The notes under the pieces: generated by a model
What the model saw: only the letters and a program-made list of their open reading frames with translations
Told to the model about the DNA's origin: nothing
Database searches by the model: none
Program-made: the position numbers and the translations under genes
Part shown: positions 46,235 through 56,040 of the stretch, one piece after another
Position numbering within the stretch: position 1 is the stretch's first letter
Layout: every line of letters starts with the position of its first letter
Assembly: GCA_004322365.1 (NCBI GenBank)
Contig: SCTS01000005.1
Location: 3,697 to 67,696 of the forward strand
Reading direction: 5' to 3'
DNA length: 64,000 nucleotides
From: Patescibacteria group bacterium
GTDB lineage: Bacteria > Patescibacteriota > Minisyncoccia > Phycocordibacterales > Phycocordibacteraceae

Positions 46235-47323
46235 TCAAGAAACTAAACGGAAAATATCGTGTGCAGTAACTGCGAGCATAAGAATAATGAGCACACCAAA
46301 CCCAGCAACATTTATGATGTCAGAAACTCGTGCAGGAATCTTACGACGAGAGATTGTTTCAATACCCAAAAGTGCTAATCGTCCGCCATCAAGAGCTGGA
46401 AATGGAAGTAAGTTAACAATAGCTAGGTTCATTGAAATTAATGCTGCGAGAGAAAGAACAGAACCCAAGCCAAACCCGCTAGCATCTCCAACAAGTGACA
46501 CAATGCCAACCGGCCCCGTAATGTTTGAAATATCTGCGGAAAATGTAAACGCCTGACCGATAAGTGTCCCTAGCCCAATTATGATTCCCTTTGTTTGAGT
46601 AATGGTATCGGTAACTCCTGCAACAAAAGCTTTTTCAACAGGTAGCGAGAGCGTCCCTACAAGCGCGGGTGCAATACCAATGACTAACCGTTCAGGGTTT
46701 TTAGAATCAAGACCTTTAAGGGGTGTAACAGTGAAATCTTGCTGGACATTGTTTCGAAGAACGCCAACTGTAATGGGGCCCTCTGCATCCCCTATGGCAG
46801 TAAGAACATCTTCAGGTTTCTCTATTTTTGTTTCAACACTATTTGAGGAGATGGAAACAATTTCATCACCTGCCTTGATGCCCGCATTGAATGCGGGGCT
46901 ACTTGGAAGCACTTGTACTGCTCGTACATGCGGATCCTGTATATACTTTGCATTCTCTGTATCCCCAACCAACGCAGGGATACCTACCATTAATGCAGTC
47001 GTAGAAAGAATGAGACCTAAAATAAGGTTAGAAAATGGTCCGGCAAATAATGTAGCGGCTTGGAGAATTTTTGGACGCCTCGCAAATGCCCGAGGATCAT
47101 CTAAACCTGCATCATCTTCACCAACAATCTTTACGAAACCACCAAATGGCAGTGCGTTGATTGTGTATTCCGTTTCTCCAATTTTCTTCCCCCACAATTT
47201 TGGAGGAAAGCCAAGACCGAATTCTGGCACCTTCATACCAGAAAGCTTTGCCACAATTAAGTGTCCAAATTCATGCCCCACAATGAGGGCAACGAGCATG
47301 ATGATGAAAATGAGTATGGACAT
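46235..47323 (-). CDS. rseP: RIP metalloprotease RseP (site-2 protease, M50 family)
   Basis: HEFGH zinc motif in the first TM region, PDZ domain, LDGG motif near the C-terminus (FPALDGGRL). Confidence 0.88.
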   Translation of the reverse strand: MSILIFIIMLVALIVGHEFGHLIVAKLSGMKVPEFGLGFPPKLWGKKIGETEYTINALPFGGFVKIVGEDDAGLDDPRAFARRPKILQAATLFAGPFSNLILGLILSTTALMVGIPALVGDTENAKYIQDPHVRAVQVLPSSPAFNAGIKAGDEIVSISSNSVETKIEKPEDVLTAIGDAEGPITVGVLRNNVQQDFTVTPLKGLDSKNPERLVIGIAPALVGTLSLPVEKAFVAGVTDTITQTKGIIIGLGTLIGQAFTFSADISNITGPVGIVSLVGDASGFGLGSVLSLAALISMNLAIVNLLPFPALDGGRLALLGIETISRRKIPARVSDIINVAGFGVLIILMLAVTAHDIFRLVS

Positions 47324-47418
47324 GGATTTTAGCTTCTAGCTTCTAGCTTTTAGCTTCTAGGCGCTAGCTTTCAATTCTAACCTAGAACCTAACACCTAGC
47401 ACCCAAAACCTCTAACAA

Positions 47419-47955
47419 CTAAGAAGCCAAGTCAGCTTCCTTCTTCTCGGTAGCAACTTCGAGTTTCCCATTTACTTCGTCAACGACCTTTTGGACTTCT
47501 GCTTTAAGACGCTTCACCTCATCCTCACTTGATTCATCCTTCTCGATATCGGAAATTGCCTTTGTTCTGAGAGCTCGAAGTTGAATGCGTGCTTCTTCAA
47601 GTTTCCCTCGCACTAACTTAATTAACTGATGTCTGCGCTCTTCGGTAAGCATCGGAAATGATACGCGAATTCCCTTGTCGTCAGAACCTACTGAAACACC
47701 TAAATCTTCTAGTGTTATAGCCTTTTCAATTGCCTTGACCTGTTCTCTATCCCACGGGCTCACATATAAGGTGCGCGCATCTTCAATGGTGATATTTGCA
47801 ACCTGATTCAACTTCATCCGAGAGCCATACACTTCAATAAAAATACCATCCAGTAATGTTGGCGTTGCACGCCCCGTGCGAAGACTCGATACTTCTGTAA
47901 GTAGCCAATCGACTTTCTCAAGCGCAAGCTTTTTGAATGTGTTCAAATCGTACAT
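47419..47955 (-). CDS. frr: ribosome recycling factor
   Basis: 178 aa with the canonical RRF pattern (…VRTGRATPTLLDGIFIEVYGS…LNQVANITIEDARTL…). Confidence 0.95.
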   Translation of the reverse strand: MYDLNTFKKLALEKVDWLLTEVSSLRTGRATPTLLDGIFIEVYGSRMKLNQVANITIEDARTLYVSPWDREQVKAIEKAITLEDLGVSVGSDDKGIRVSFPMLTEERRHQLIKLVRGKLEEARIQLRALRTKAISDIEKDESSEDEVKRLKAEVQKVVDEVNGKLEVATEKKEADLAS

Positions 47956-48025
47956 ACCTAGTGTTTAGGGTATAGCGTTTAGGGTTTAGAGTAAAGAGGA
48001 ATATGAGTGCGGTATTATTGAGCCT

Positions 48026-49174
48026 ATGAATAAGACTGCCGATCACAAGGGACTTCGCACATGGATTGAAATAGACCGCCGTGCCATAAGGCACAACTAC
48101 AAGCTCTTCCGCTCTCTCATACCCAAAACCACTAAATTACTCTCAGTTGTAAAATCAAATGCCTACGGACATTCACATATCGATTTCTCAAAAGAAGTTG
48201 AAGCGCTCGGCATTGATTACATCGCAGTAGATTCAATCGTCGAAGGGCTATCCCTCCGAAAAAGTGGCGTACGATGCCCTATCCTTGTATTGGGTCACAC
48301 GCTCCATGTACGCATCAAAGATGCGGCGGTTCACGATATACGAGTCGCAGTTTCAAGCATCACGCAATTACACCAGCTTCAAAAAGAAACATTTAAACGG
48401 CCACTTAAAATTCATATAAAAGTAGATACGGGACTGCATCGTCAGGGATTTACTCTTGACGACCTTGCAGAGGTTCGTAAATTTCTTGAGTGGAATAAAA
48501 AAACAAAACGCGTCGTCGTTGAAGGTCTCTTTACGCACTTTGCACAAGGGAAAGACCCTCTGCACCCCCTATACACCAAAAACCAACTAGGAGAATTTAC
48601 TACTTGGGTACAAGAATTTCATACACTTGGAGTGCGCCCAATTCTTCACACTGCTGCAACGGGCCCCACGCTCGTATTTCCTGAATCACATTTTGATATG
48701 GTGAGAATTGGTATTGGACTCTACGGCATCTGGCCAGATGAAAAAACAAAGAAATTTCTTGAAAAGAAATACACACTCAAGCCAATTTTGTCATGGAGAG
48801 CTGTGGTGTCTGAAATAAAAAAACTTCCAAAAGGAAGTAAGATTGGCTATGACTCAACAAAAACTTTAAAGCAAAGCAGCGTTGTTGCGGTGTGCCCTAT
48901 TGGCTACTGGCATGGATTTCCCCGCGCACTCTCATCGCACGGGTTCGTGCTCATAAACGGGAAACGTGCAAAAGTTTTGGGACGAGTTTCGATGGATATG
49001 ATTTCAGTTGATGTAACGGGAATTAAAAATGTAAAAGTTGGAAGCATTGCAACAATTATTGGTACAGATAAAAAAGATGAACTGAAGGCAGAAGACATTG
49101 CTGACTCAATGAACGCATCCACATACGAATTTCTCACACGTTTAAACCCACTTATCAAACGGCTCTATATTTAA
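48026..49174 (+). CDS. alr: alanine racemase
   Basis: PLP-lysine motif VVKSNAYGHS near the N-terminus, C-terminal beta domain. 382 aa. Confidence 0.9.
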   Translation: MNKTADHKGLRTWIEIDRRAIRHNYKLFRSLIPKTTKLLSVVKSNAYGHSHIDFSKEVEALGIDYIAVDSIVEGLSLRKSGVRCPILVLGHTLHVRIKDAAVHDIRVAVSSITQLHQLQKETFKRPLKIHIKVDTGLHRQGFTLDDLAEVRKFLEWNKKTKRVVVEGLFTHFAQGKDPLHPLYTKNQLGEFTTWVQEFHTLGVRPILHTAATGPTLVFPESHFDMVRIGIGLYGIWPDEKTKKFLEKKYTLKPILSWRAVVSEIKKLPKGSKIGYDSTKTLKQSSVVAVCPIGYWHGFPRALSSHGFVLINGKRAKVLGRVSMDMISVDVTGIKNVKVGSIATIIGTDKKDELKAEDIADSMNASTYEFLTRLNPLIKRLYI

Positions 49175-49251
49175 ATCAGCTGCGGGATTTCTGGTTCCAG
49201 CTTTCAGCTTCTGTGCAACCTCCGGAGGTTGCACAGATATCATAGATTAAC

Positions 49252-49941
49252 TCAGGTATGGGAGCGAGGGAGAGTCACCGCGAGATGTCCAAGAACTGCT
49301 TTTACTGACGAGCCTTGTTGGCGCATGTATCCTTGTGCGTCAAGCAAATCCCGAAGTGCCTGCGGTGAAGCGCCTTTTGTGTGTACTTGCTCTAGTAATT
49401 CTTTTACAAATGCCCTGACTGGTGCGCGGTCTTGGGTCTTGGTGATGTATCCGGTTATTTTCTCTACCATTTTTGAGCGCTCTTCAAAGGTTGCAGATAA
49501 AAATTCTCTCGCTTCTTTCTTTGCATCCTCATCATCAGAAAGCATGTGTGCATCAGACACTGACACCGCAACAGCTCTAGATTGAAGCGTTGGCAACACA
49601 TGCCCGAGCGCATCAATGGAGAAAAAGAAAATAGTATTGCCAGTCGCCTCTTCAACAACTTTGAGAAGAGCGTTTTGCGCTTCAGTAGTTGCACGACTAA
49701 ATGTAACTACCAAGTACTTCGAATCTTTAAGTGGTTTCAATGAAGCGTACGAAGAAATTTCACGAGCGTTATCAACGGAAAGCTCTGTAAAAGAAAGCAC
49801 GAGCACATCGGAGTTTCCTGCAGTCTTTATCCCACGCGTTTCAAGCATTGCCAAAACTTCAGAGGCTCCTTTGCCAGCGTTTCCTACAACAAGGTAGGCA
49901 TGATGTAGTTCTTTCGTATGAGCGAGTTCGGATACTTTCAT
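49252..49941 (-). CDS. holB: DNA polymerase III delta' subunit-like clamp-loader protein
   Basis: HAYLVVG..GKG (degenerate P-loop), LLKVVEEATGNTIFFF (sensor-1 / DEAD-like region), LPTLQSRA (SRC-like motif). 229 aa. Confidence 0.6.
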   Translation of the reverse strand: MKVSELAHTKELHHAYLVVGNAGKGASEVLAMLETRGIKTAGNSDVLVLSFTELSVDNAREISSYASLKPLKDSKYLVVTFSRATTEAQNALLKVVEEATGNTIFFFSIDALGHVLPTLQSRAVAVSVSDAHMLSDDEDAKKEAREFLSATFEERSKMVEKITGYITKTQDRAPVRAFVKELLEQVHTKGASPQALRDLLDAQGYMRQQGSSVKAVLGHLAVTLPRSHT

Positions 49942-49963
49942 GTGTGAATACTAGCATTTACAC

Positions 49964-50980
49964 TTATCTGCGTTTTGTAGTCATCGTTTTCTTATAGGTT
50001 TCAAGATGGTCGAGTGCGATACCAGTACCCTTCGCAACACAGAACGCTGCCTCTTCTGCAAGCACTGCGCTCACGCCTGTTCGGCGAAATACCAACTCTG
50101 GTAAATGACGGAGTTGCGATGTTCCGCCAGTCATGATGATTCCCTTATCGATAATGTCAGCGGCGAGCTCTGGTGGAGTTTCTTGAAGCACTGTGCGTAT
50201 TGCTTTTATCATCTCTCTAAGCTCTCGAGATATTGCTCGCACAATTTCATTGGTTGAAACTGTTGCAGTTCGTGGAAGACCTGACAATAAATCGCGCCCT
50301 TTGATTGCCATCGAGAGTTCTTCTTCAACGGGCACCGCTGAACCAATACCAATTTTGATATCTTCAGCTGTCTTATCGCCAATAGCGAGGTTATACGTTT
50401 TCTTTATGTAGTCTGCGATTGCTTGATCAATGCGGTTGCCTGCACATTTCACCGAAGTTGAAGCAACGATGCCACCCAAGGAAATCACCGCAACATCAAT
50501 AGTGCCTCCCCCAACATCAGCAATCATATGCCCTCGGGGTTCATGAATAGGAATGCCTGCACCGATAGCTGCAAGAATTGGCTCCTTAATAACATATGCA
50601 TTTCGAGCACCCGCTTTAAGTCCCGCCTCAACGACAGCACGACGCTCTGTTGAAGTAACTCCTGCAGGAACAGAAACAATGACATCGGGTTTAAAAAGAT
50701 TCCATGCGCCTAACGATTTTTTAATGTAGTAGCGGAGCATTGCTTCAGTGACACGATAATCAGCAATGACACCATCTTTCATAGGACGGTACGCAATTAT
50801 TGAATCAGGAGTTCTCCCAACCATCTCTTTTGCTTCAGAGCCTATTGCCAAAATTTTTCGATCATGGACTGACACAGCAACAACAGAAGGTTCATTCAGA
50901 ACAACACCGTAGCCGGGCACATACACTAAGGTAGTGGTAGTACCGAGATCAATTCCGAGCCTTGGAGAAAAGAATGACAT
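49964..50980 (-). CDS. MreB/Mbl-family actin-like protein (second paralog)
   Basis: Start taken at MSFFSPRLGIDLGTTTTLVYV. ADVGGGTIDVAV and other actin-fold motifs. Confidence 0.85.
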   Translation of the reverse strand: MSFFSPRLGIDLGTTTTLVYVPGYGVVLNEPSVVAVSVHDRKILAIGSEAKEMVGRTPDSIIAYRPMKDGVIADYRVTEAMLRYYIKKSLGAWNLFKPDVIVSVPAGVTSTERRAVVEAGLKAGARNAYVIKEPILAAIGAGIPIHEPRGHMIADVGGGTIDVAVISLGGIVASTSVKCAGNRIDQAIADYIKKTYNLAIGDKTAEDIKIGIGSAVPVEEELSMAIKGRDLLSGLPRTATVSTNEIVRAISRELREMIKAIRTVLQETPPELAADIIDKGIIMTGGTSQLRHLPELVFRRTGVSAVLAEEAAFCVAKGTGIALDHLETYKKTMTTKRR

Positions 50981-51035
50981 GGCAAATAAGTGTAACAGAT
51001 GGAGCGTACAAATGAGCACTTGACAAATACATCTA

Positions 51036-51347
51036 TTGGAGTACAGTACGTCTTCAAGTGAAGTTAGCGGAATAAATAAAAATCATATGTCTGTCGATAC
51101 ACACTTTGAAGAAGGAACTAACCCACTATCCAAAATGTGGGACAACATAAAAGACTGGGGATCACATCCAGAGGCAGATGCAGTACCTAGACATAGCTAT
51201 GCACCAGGCGGATGGAGTCCACAATACGAACCTGACGCTGAACACCCTGAAACCGTACCATCAAAGAAAAGTAACTGGGGTGAGGCTTTCATTGGCATGC
51301 TCTTAGGATGGATGATTAAAAGAGCTCAGAAAAAAAATAAACACTAG
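51036..51347 (+). CDS. hypothetical protein (C-terminal TM)
   Basis: First of three consecutive small + ORFs with 3-nt gaps between them. Confidence 0.35.
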   Translation: MEYSTSSSEVSGINKNHMSVDTHFEEGTNPLSKMWDNIKDWGSHPEADAVPRHSYAPGGWSPQYEPDAEHPETVPSKKSNWGEAFIGMLLGWMIKRAQKKNKH

Positions 51348-51350
51348 ACT

Positions 51351-51581
51351 ATGGGATTTTTTAACCTCATCGGTGGAGAGAGACCTCTACATAAAGATCA
51401 TGATGCTATACCTTTGGCCCCAGGAGTGTATGATAAAAAAACACAACTGAAAGCTCGTACCCCTGAGCAGGTAGATGGAGATGGTGAAGAGGATTCATGG
51501 GATCAAAACGTGCCGACTCAATGGGAAAATGGGGGGATAGAAGTCGTCAACAAATTTTTTCGAGGGCTCTTCAACCGATAA
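51351..51581 (+). CDS. hypothetical protein
   Basis: 76-aa acidic ORF. Confidence 0.35.
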   Translation: MGFFNLIGGERPLHKDHDAIPLAPGVYDKKTQLKARTPEQVDGDGEEDSWDQNVPTQWENGGIEVVNKFFRGLFNR

Positions 51582-51584
51582 AAA

Positions 51585-52007
51585 ATGAGTGAATCGGCAG
51601 AAGCATTGTTTGGAGACAGAGGTCCACATTTCCGTGGACCTCTTTTCGAACGTCAGTTAGAAGTTCCAACACTGAAAATGCTTTCTGGTACAAGAAGTCA
51701 GACTACAGGCACTCACGTGTCGCGACTTCCCCATCAAGAACCATCGGTTACTTTTGTTAGCAGAAGAACGGAAGAATCAAAAGAAAGAAACATCCTTGGC
51801 AGTGCTGGGCACGGATTATTAAGGATAGCTGCTCTACCTATTGGTGCTACCTTATTTACTCTTGGAATGCTCGTCGATTCTGGTCTTGCTGTCGGGTTTG
51901 CTGCTGGCGGACATCTCACAGTCCCAATTGCTGCACTAGCTACCGTTGCGACGGCAACATGGATAGCGGGGGCAAAGTTGTGGGAGTTTGGAATTGGGAA
52001 AAAATAA
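51585..52007 (+). CDS. hypothetical protein with two C-terminal TM helices
   Basis: 140-aa ORF with a hydrophobic C-terminal half. Confidence 0.35.
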   Translation: MSESAEALFGDRGPHFRGPLFERQLEVPTLKMLSGTRSQTTGTHVSRLPHQEPSVTFVSRRTEESKERNILGSAGHGLLRIAALPIGATLFTLGMLVDSGLAVGFAAGGHLTVPIAALATVATATWIAGAKLWEFGIGKK

Positions 52008-52016
52008 AAAACTTAA

Positions 52017-53291
52017 TTACGACCTTGTAATTTTTAACCCAACGCCTGCAAGGCGTTTTTCAATAGCTTCGTATCCCCTGTCCATCAAGTGAGCGTTACC
52101 GACATGCGAGGTGCCATCTGCAATCGCAGCTGCGAGGATATAAGCAAGGCCAGCGCGAATGTCAGGCCCATCAATATCGCGTGCTTTGAGTGGAGTTTTC
52201 CCTTTCACTGTGGCGCGATGTGGATTCACCACGGCAATTTTTGCACCCATACTCACAAGCTCAGTTGTGTAGTTTAAGCGACCATTAAAAATAGTTTCTA
52301 CTACGGTGCTCTCTCCTTCAGCCTGAGTAAGAGCCACCATCATGGGAGCTTGAGCATCTGTTGGGAAACCAGGGTATTCGTGCGTGCGTAACTTTACCGA
52401 ATTGAGGGTTTGAGGCGCTCGGATAGTAATTGAATCTTTTCCTACAGTAAGCATGGCACCCATCATGTGAAGAATTTCAAGTACTGCATCTAAATGTTCT
52501 GGGATAACGCCGGTGACAGTAAGCTCTTCCCCTGCAATTGCACCGAGAGCAAGAAAAGTTGCTGCTTCAATGCGGTCAGGCACTATGGCAAATGTCGATG
52601 CTGGTTGAGTAAGAGTTGAGGGATGAATAATAATAGTTGGAGTACCCGCTCCTTCAATATTTGCACCGCATGATTTTAAAAATTCAGCGAGAGCAACAAT
52701 CTCGGGTTCCATCGCACAGTTTTTTAAGGTGACAGGACCTTTTGCAAGAGGCGCAGCCATCATGAATGTCTCTGTTGCTGTTACTGAAACAATCCTGAAA
52801 AATATTTCGCCACCAGAAATACCATTTGGTGCCGAGAGTGTGTACGAGTCTCCGCTCTCCAAATAACTAGCACCAAGCTTCTGAAAACCAGAAATAAAAA
52901 TATCGATAGGTCGTTCCCCAATCACATCACCTCCCGGGTGAGGAAATGTGACGCTTCCTAGACGTGCAAGGAGTGGGCCAATGAGCACAATTGAGGCACG
53001 CATTGATTTTGCGAGTACGGGATCCAAAACACTTCCCGACAAACCCTTTGCGCTTACTGTAAGTTCACTACCTTTGTGAGTAACAAACGCACCCAAGCCC
53101 TCAAGTATCCGGCCGAGTGAAGTAACATCTGCAATATGGGGGACATTAGTGAACTTGGACTCCCCCTCAATGAGAGTAGCTGCCGCCATTACCTTTAGAA
53201 CATTATTCTTTGCGCCATACACAGGAATAGAGCCCTTAAGGGTTTTCTTTCCCGCTAGACCTTCAATAGTAAACACATTTTTTGATGTCAT
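52017..53291 (-). CDS. murA: UDP-N-acetylglucosamine 1-carboxyvinyltransferase
   Basis: 424 aa of the EPT fold. The catalytic Cys context cannot be confirmed by eye, but overall MurA identity is clear (…KNNVLKVMAAATL…, …GGDVIGERPID…). Confidence 0.92.
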   Translation of the reverse strand: MTSKNVFTIEGLAGKKTLKGSIPVYGAKNNVLKVMAAATLIEGESKFTNVPHIADVTSLGRILEGLGAFVTHKGSELTVSAKGLSGSVLDPVLAKSMRASIVLIGPLLARLGSVTFPHPGGDVIGERPIDIFISGFQKLGASYLESGDSYTLSAPNGISGGEIFFRIVSVTATETFMMAAPLAKGPVTLKNCAMEPEIVALAEFLKSCGANIEGAGTPTIIIHPSTLTQPASTFAIVPDRIEAATFLALGAIAGEELTVTGVIPEHLDAVLEILHMMGAMLTVGKDSITIRAPQTLNSVKLRTHEYPGFPTDAQAPMMVALTQAEGESTVVETIFNGRLNYTTELVSMGAKIAVVNPHRATVKGKTPLKARDIDGPDIRAGLAYILAAAIADGTSHVGNAHLMDRGYEAIEKRLAGVGLKITRS

Positions 53292-53324
53292 TGGCTCTAT
53301 TGTACATTACGTCAGCTTTCAGGT

Positions 53325-53364
53325 GCTAGGCGACGCTTCGTCGGATCCGAAGGGATCATGCTAG
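53325..53364. repeat. family-C repeat, copy 4 (gctaggcgacgcttcgtcggatccgaagggatcatgctag)
   Basis: Flanked on both sides by family-A heptamer arrays. Confidence 0.8.
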
Positions 53365-53430
53365 GTTTTAGGTTATAGCTTTTCTGACCAAAAGCTGGAA
53401 GCTGACAGCTGAAACCTGTAAGCTAATACT

Positions 53431-55362
53431 ATGTTCATCGTCCGTGTCATGCCCATAGCACGAGGGGTTTTTCGGGATCACCTAACATTCTTCTCTCGCG
53501 ACGCTATACCTGCAGGCATGATAGTAACTGTTTCTGTTCGTAATCGATCACTCCCTGCGCTTGTTATTGAGAGCACAGATGCGCGTGAAGAAAAACTCGA
53601 TCTCCGTAGTGCTGATTTTTCATTAAAGAAAATCTCACCAAAAACAAAACCAAAACGCATTGTCACGAGTGCATTTGTTGCGGCGGTGAAAGATGCGGCG
53701 CTCTGGCATGGAGTACATGAGAGCGTTATGTTTGCAACGCTTACCTCGCAGGTAATTTTGACCGCTTCCAATAAACTCGAAGCCGTTACAGAACCAACAG
53801 CACACCTCAGTCTCGAAACTGAGCCTACGGTGCGTGCAGATCTTTTGGTATTACAGGCAGAAAAAGAAGAGCGAGTTCGTACCTATAGAAATCTTGCTCG
53901 GGAATCATTCGCGCGCGGTGAATCGGTCATGATTATAGTCCCCACGGTTACTGAGGCAGAACAGATGGAAGAAAATTTGAAGCGTGGAATTGAAGACCAT
54001 GTACTTTTACTTACCAGTGAAGTGAGTAAGAAAAAAATAATTGAAGCATGGAACCGGTGTAGCACCGATTTGAAACCACTACTTATTATTGGCACAGCCT
54101 TCGCACTTTCTGCACCACGCACCAACATAGGCACAATAGTTGTTGAGCGTGAAAGTGCGCGTGGATACCGAGGATTTTCTCGACCCCATGTAGATGTGAG
54201 GAGATGTGCGGAATCCCTCTGCAGAAGAATGGGTGCGAGACTCATACTTGCAGATTTTCCGCTACGCATAGAAACACGCTATCGAGTAGATGCACATGAA
54301 ATGGACGAACTAGCGAGGTCTCAAGTAAGACCAAGCGGAACTGCCGAGATATCAATTGTCGACACGAGAAAAAAAGAAATACCATTAGAGCAAACATCGA
54401 AAAAAGTTAGACGGGTCTTTACTGCCCTCACTGAGGAAACAAAGGAAAAGATACATCGCGAAATACTTCGTGGTGGTTGTGCAATTGTTTTTGCAGCCAG
54501 ACGCGGTATTGCCCCTCTGACCGTATGCAATGATTGTGGCACTCCAGTAACTGACCCTCACACTGGAGTACCAATGGTTCTCCATAAAACTGCCGATGGT
54601 AATCAGTTCATGTCGCACCGAAGTGGTGCGACTTTACCACCAGAAACACCTTGTAAAACATGCAAAGGGTGGAATTTGGTGACCTTAGGTATTGGAGTTG
54701 AGCGAGTCGCCGATGAGTTGGCAAAAGCATTCCCTGATTCCCCACTTATCACATTTACAAAAGATAGCGCACCAACACATCGCACAGCAAAAAAACTCTC
54801 AGAAGAATTTTTCTCTACCGAAGGGGCCATACTCGTTGGTACTGAGCGAATGCTTCCCTATCTAAAAAAACCAGTAGAAATTGTGGCAGTTGCTTCACTC
54901 GACAGCATGCTCTCTATCACCGCATGGCGCGCACACGAACACACTCTTTCCATACTATTTTATCTTCAAGAACATGCCGAGCTAGAGTTTATTGTAGAAA
55001 CACGAAAACCAGACAGTGAGGTAATGAAAACTTTTGCCTCGGGAAACCCTGCTGATTTTTATCGCTCAGATATTGCGGAACGGGAACAATACGGCTACCC
55101 GCCATTCACTACCTTTATAGGGCTCCTATGGAAAGGAACAAAAGTGAGCGTAGAAAAAACTAGTCTTACTATAACAGAAATATTTTCTGACACTGATTTA
55201 GTTGGACCCCTTCCTCCTATAGCAGTTGGAAAGAGTGAGTGGAGTGCCCGCGCAGTCATCCGAGTTCTCCGAAAGGAATGGCCAGATGCTCTCCTCATCG
55301 AGCGTATCCGCGCATTACCTCCTGATATAGAGGTAACGGTAGATCCGGATGAGATAGTCTGA
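53431..55362 (+). CDS. priA: primosomal protein N' (PriA)-like protein with degenerate helicase motifs
   Basis: PriA-like architecture: Cys4 cluster CNDCG...CKTCKG between the helicase lobes and a C-terminal domain. Walker A (GSGKT) is not recognisable, and the DEEH box reads VVERES. Confidence 0.5.
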   Translation: MFIVRVMPIARGVFRDHLTFFSRDAIPAGMIVTVSVRNRSLPALVIESTDAREEKLDLRSADFSLKKISPKTKPKRIVTSAFVAAVKDAALWHGVHESVMFATLTSQVILTASNKLEAVTEPTAHLSLETEPTVRADLLVLQAEKEERVRTYRNLARESFARGESVMIIVPTVTEAEQMEENLKRGIEDHVLLLTSEVSKKKIIEAWNRCSTDLKPLLIIGTAFALSAPRTNIGTIVVERESARGYRGFSRPHVDVRRCAESLCRRMGARLILADFPLRIETRYRVDAHEMDELARSQVRPSGTAEISIVDTRKKEIPLEQTSKKVRRVFTALTEETKEKIHREILRGGCAIVFAARRGIAPLTVCNDCGTPVTDPHTGVPMVLHKTADGNQFMSHRSGATLPPETPCKTCKGWNLVTLGIGVERVADELAKAFPDSPLITFTKDSAPTHRTAKKLSEEFFSTEGAILVGTERMLPYLKKPVEIVAVASLDSMLSITAWRAHEHTLSILFYLQEHAELEFIVETRKPDSEVMKTFASGNPADFYRSDIAEREQYGYPPFTTFIGLLWKGTKVSVEKTSLTITEIFSDTDLVGPLPPIAVGKSEWSARAVIRVLRKEWPDALLIERIRALPPDIEVTVDPDEIV

Positions 55363-55467
55363 GACACCACCAGCTTTCAGGTGTCAGGTTCCAGCTGTCA
55401 GCTTTTCACATCCTCAATTTCAGTCCGAAAGCTGGAACCTGACAGCTGGAACCTGTAAACTGGAGGG

Positions 55468-56013
55468 ATGATCGATCCAATAGTTACCAAAGGCGCAAAA
55501 ATCCTCAAACAAAAAATGAAGGAGGTTCCGAAGAACCTTTTTGGAACTGCGGAACTCCGAGATATTTTGCACCGCATGTCGCACTCCCTTCGAAGCACTT
55601 CGCACGGTGTTGCAATAGCTGCAAATCAAATAGGTATTCCCTACCGTATCTTCGTCGTACGAGGATTTGTTCTTGAAAGCAAAGACAGAAACGATGTCGC
55701 CCTCAAGCCAGATGATGATGCCGACTATGCGTTCATTAATCCTAAAATAGTAAAAATTTCGAGAAAAAAAGAACTCCTTGATGAAGCATGTCTTTCAGTA
55801 CCGGGGTTTCATGGCACTATAAAGCGTTCTCTTCAAGCAACCGTACGTGCCTATGACGAGGAAGGAATTCGTTTTGAGCGAGGTGGGAGTGGATTACTTG
55901 CACAAATTTTTCAGCATGAGACAGATCATCTTGAAGGAATTCTCTATGTAGATAAAGCAGTGGAGGTGCTGAAAACAAAAGAAGAAAGTGAGTTAGAAAA
56001 AGAAGAAAAATAG
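55468..56013 (+). CDS. def: peptide deformylase
   Basis: GIAANQIG, EACLSVPG and QHETDHLEG, the three canonical PDF motifs. Confidence 0.92.
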   Translation: MIDPIVTKGAKILKQKMKEVPKNLFGTAELRDILHRMSHSLRSTSHGVAIAANQIGIPYRIFVVRGFVLESKDRNDVALKPDDDADYAFINPKIVKISRKKELLDEACLSVPGFHGTIKRSLQATVRAYDEEGIRFERGGSGLLAQIFQHETDHLEGILYVDKAVEVLKTKEESELEKEEK

Positions 56014-56040
56014 AAACACCGCATCAATACAATTAATTGT

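Noticed and set aside
47325-47420. Possible CRISPR or minisatellite (tagcttc tandem heptamers)
   Set aside because: The units are 7 bp, degenerate and without spacers. They belong to the intergenic family-A heptamer arrays.
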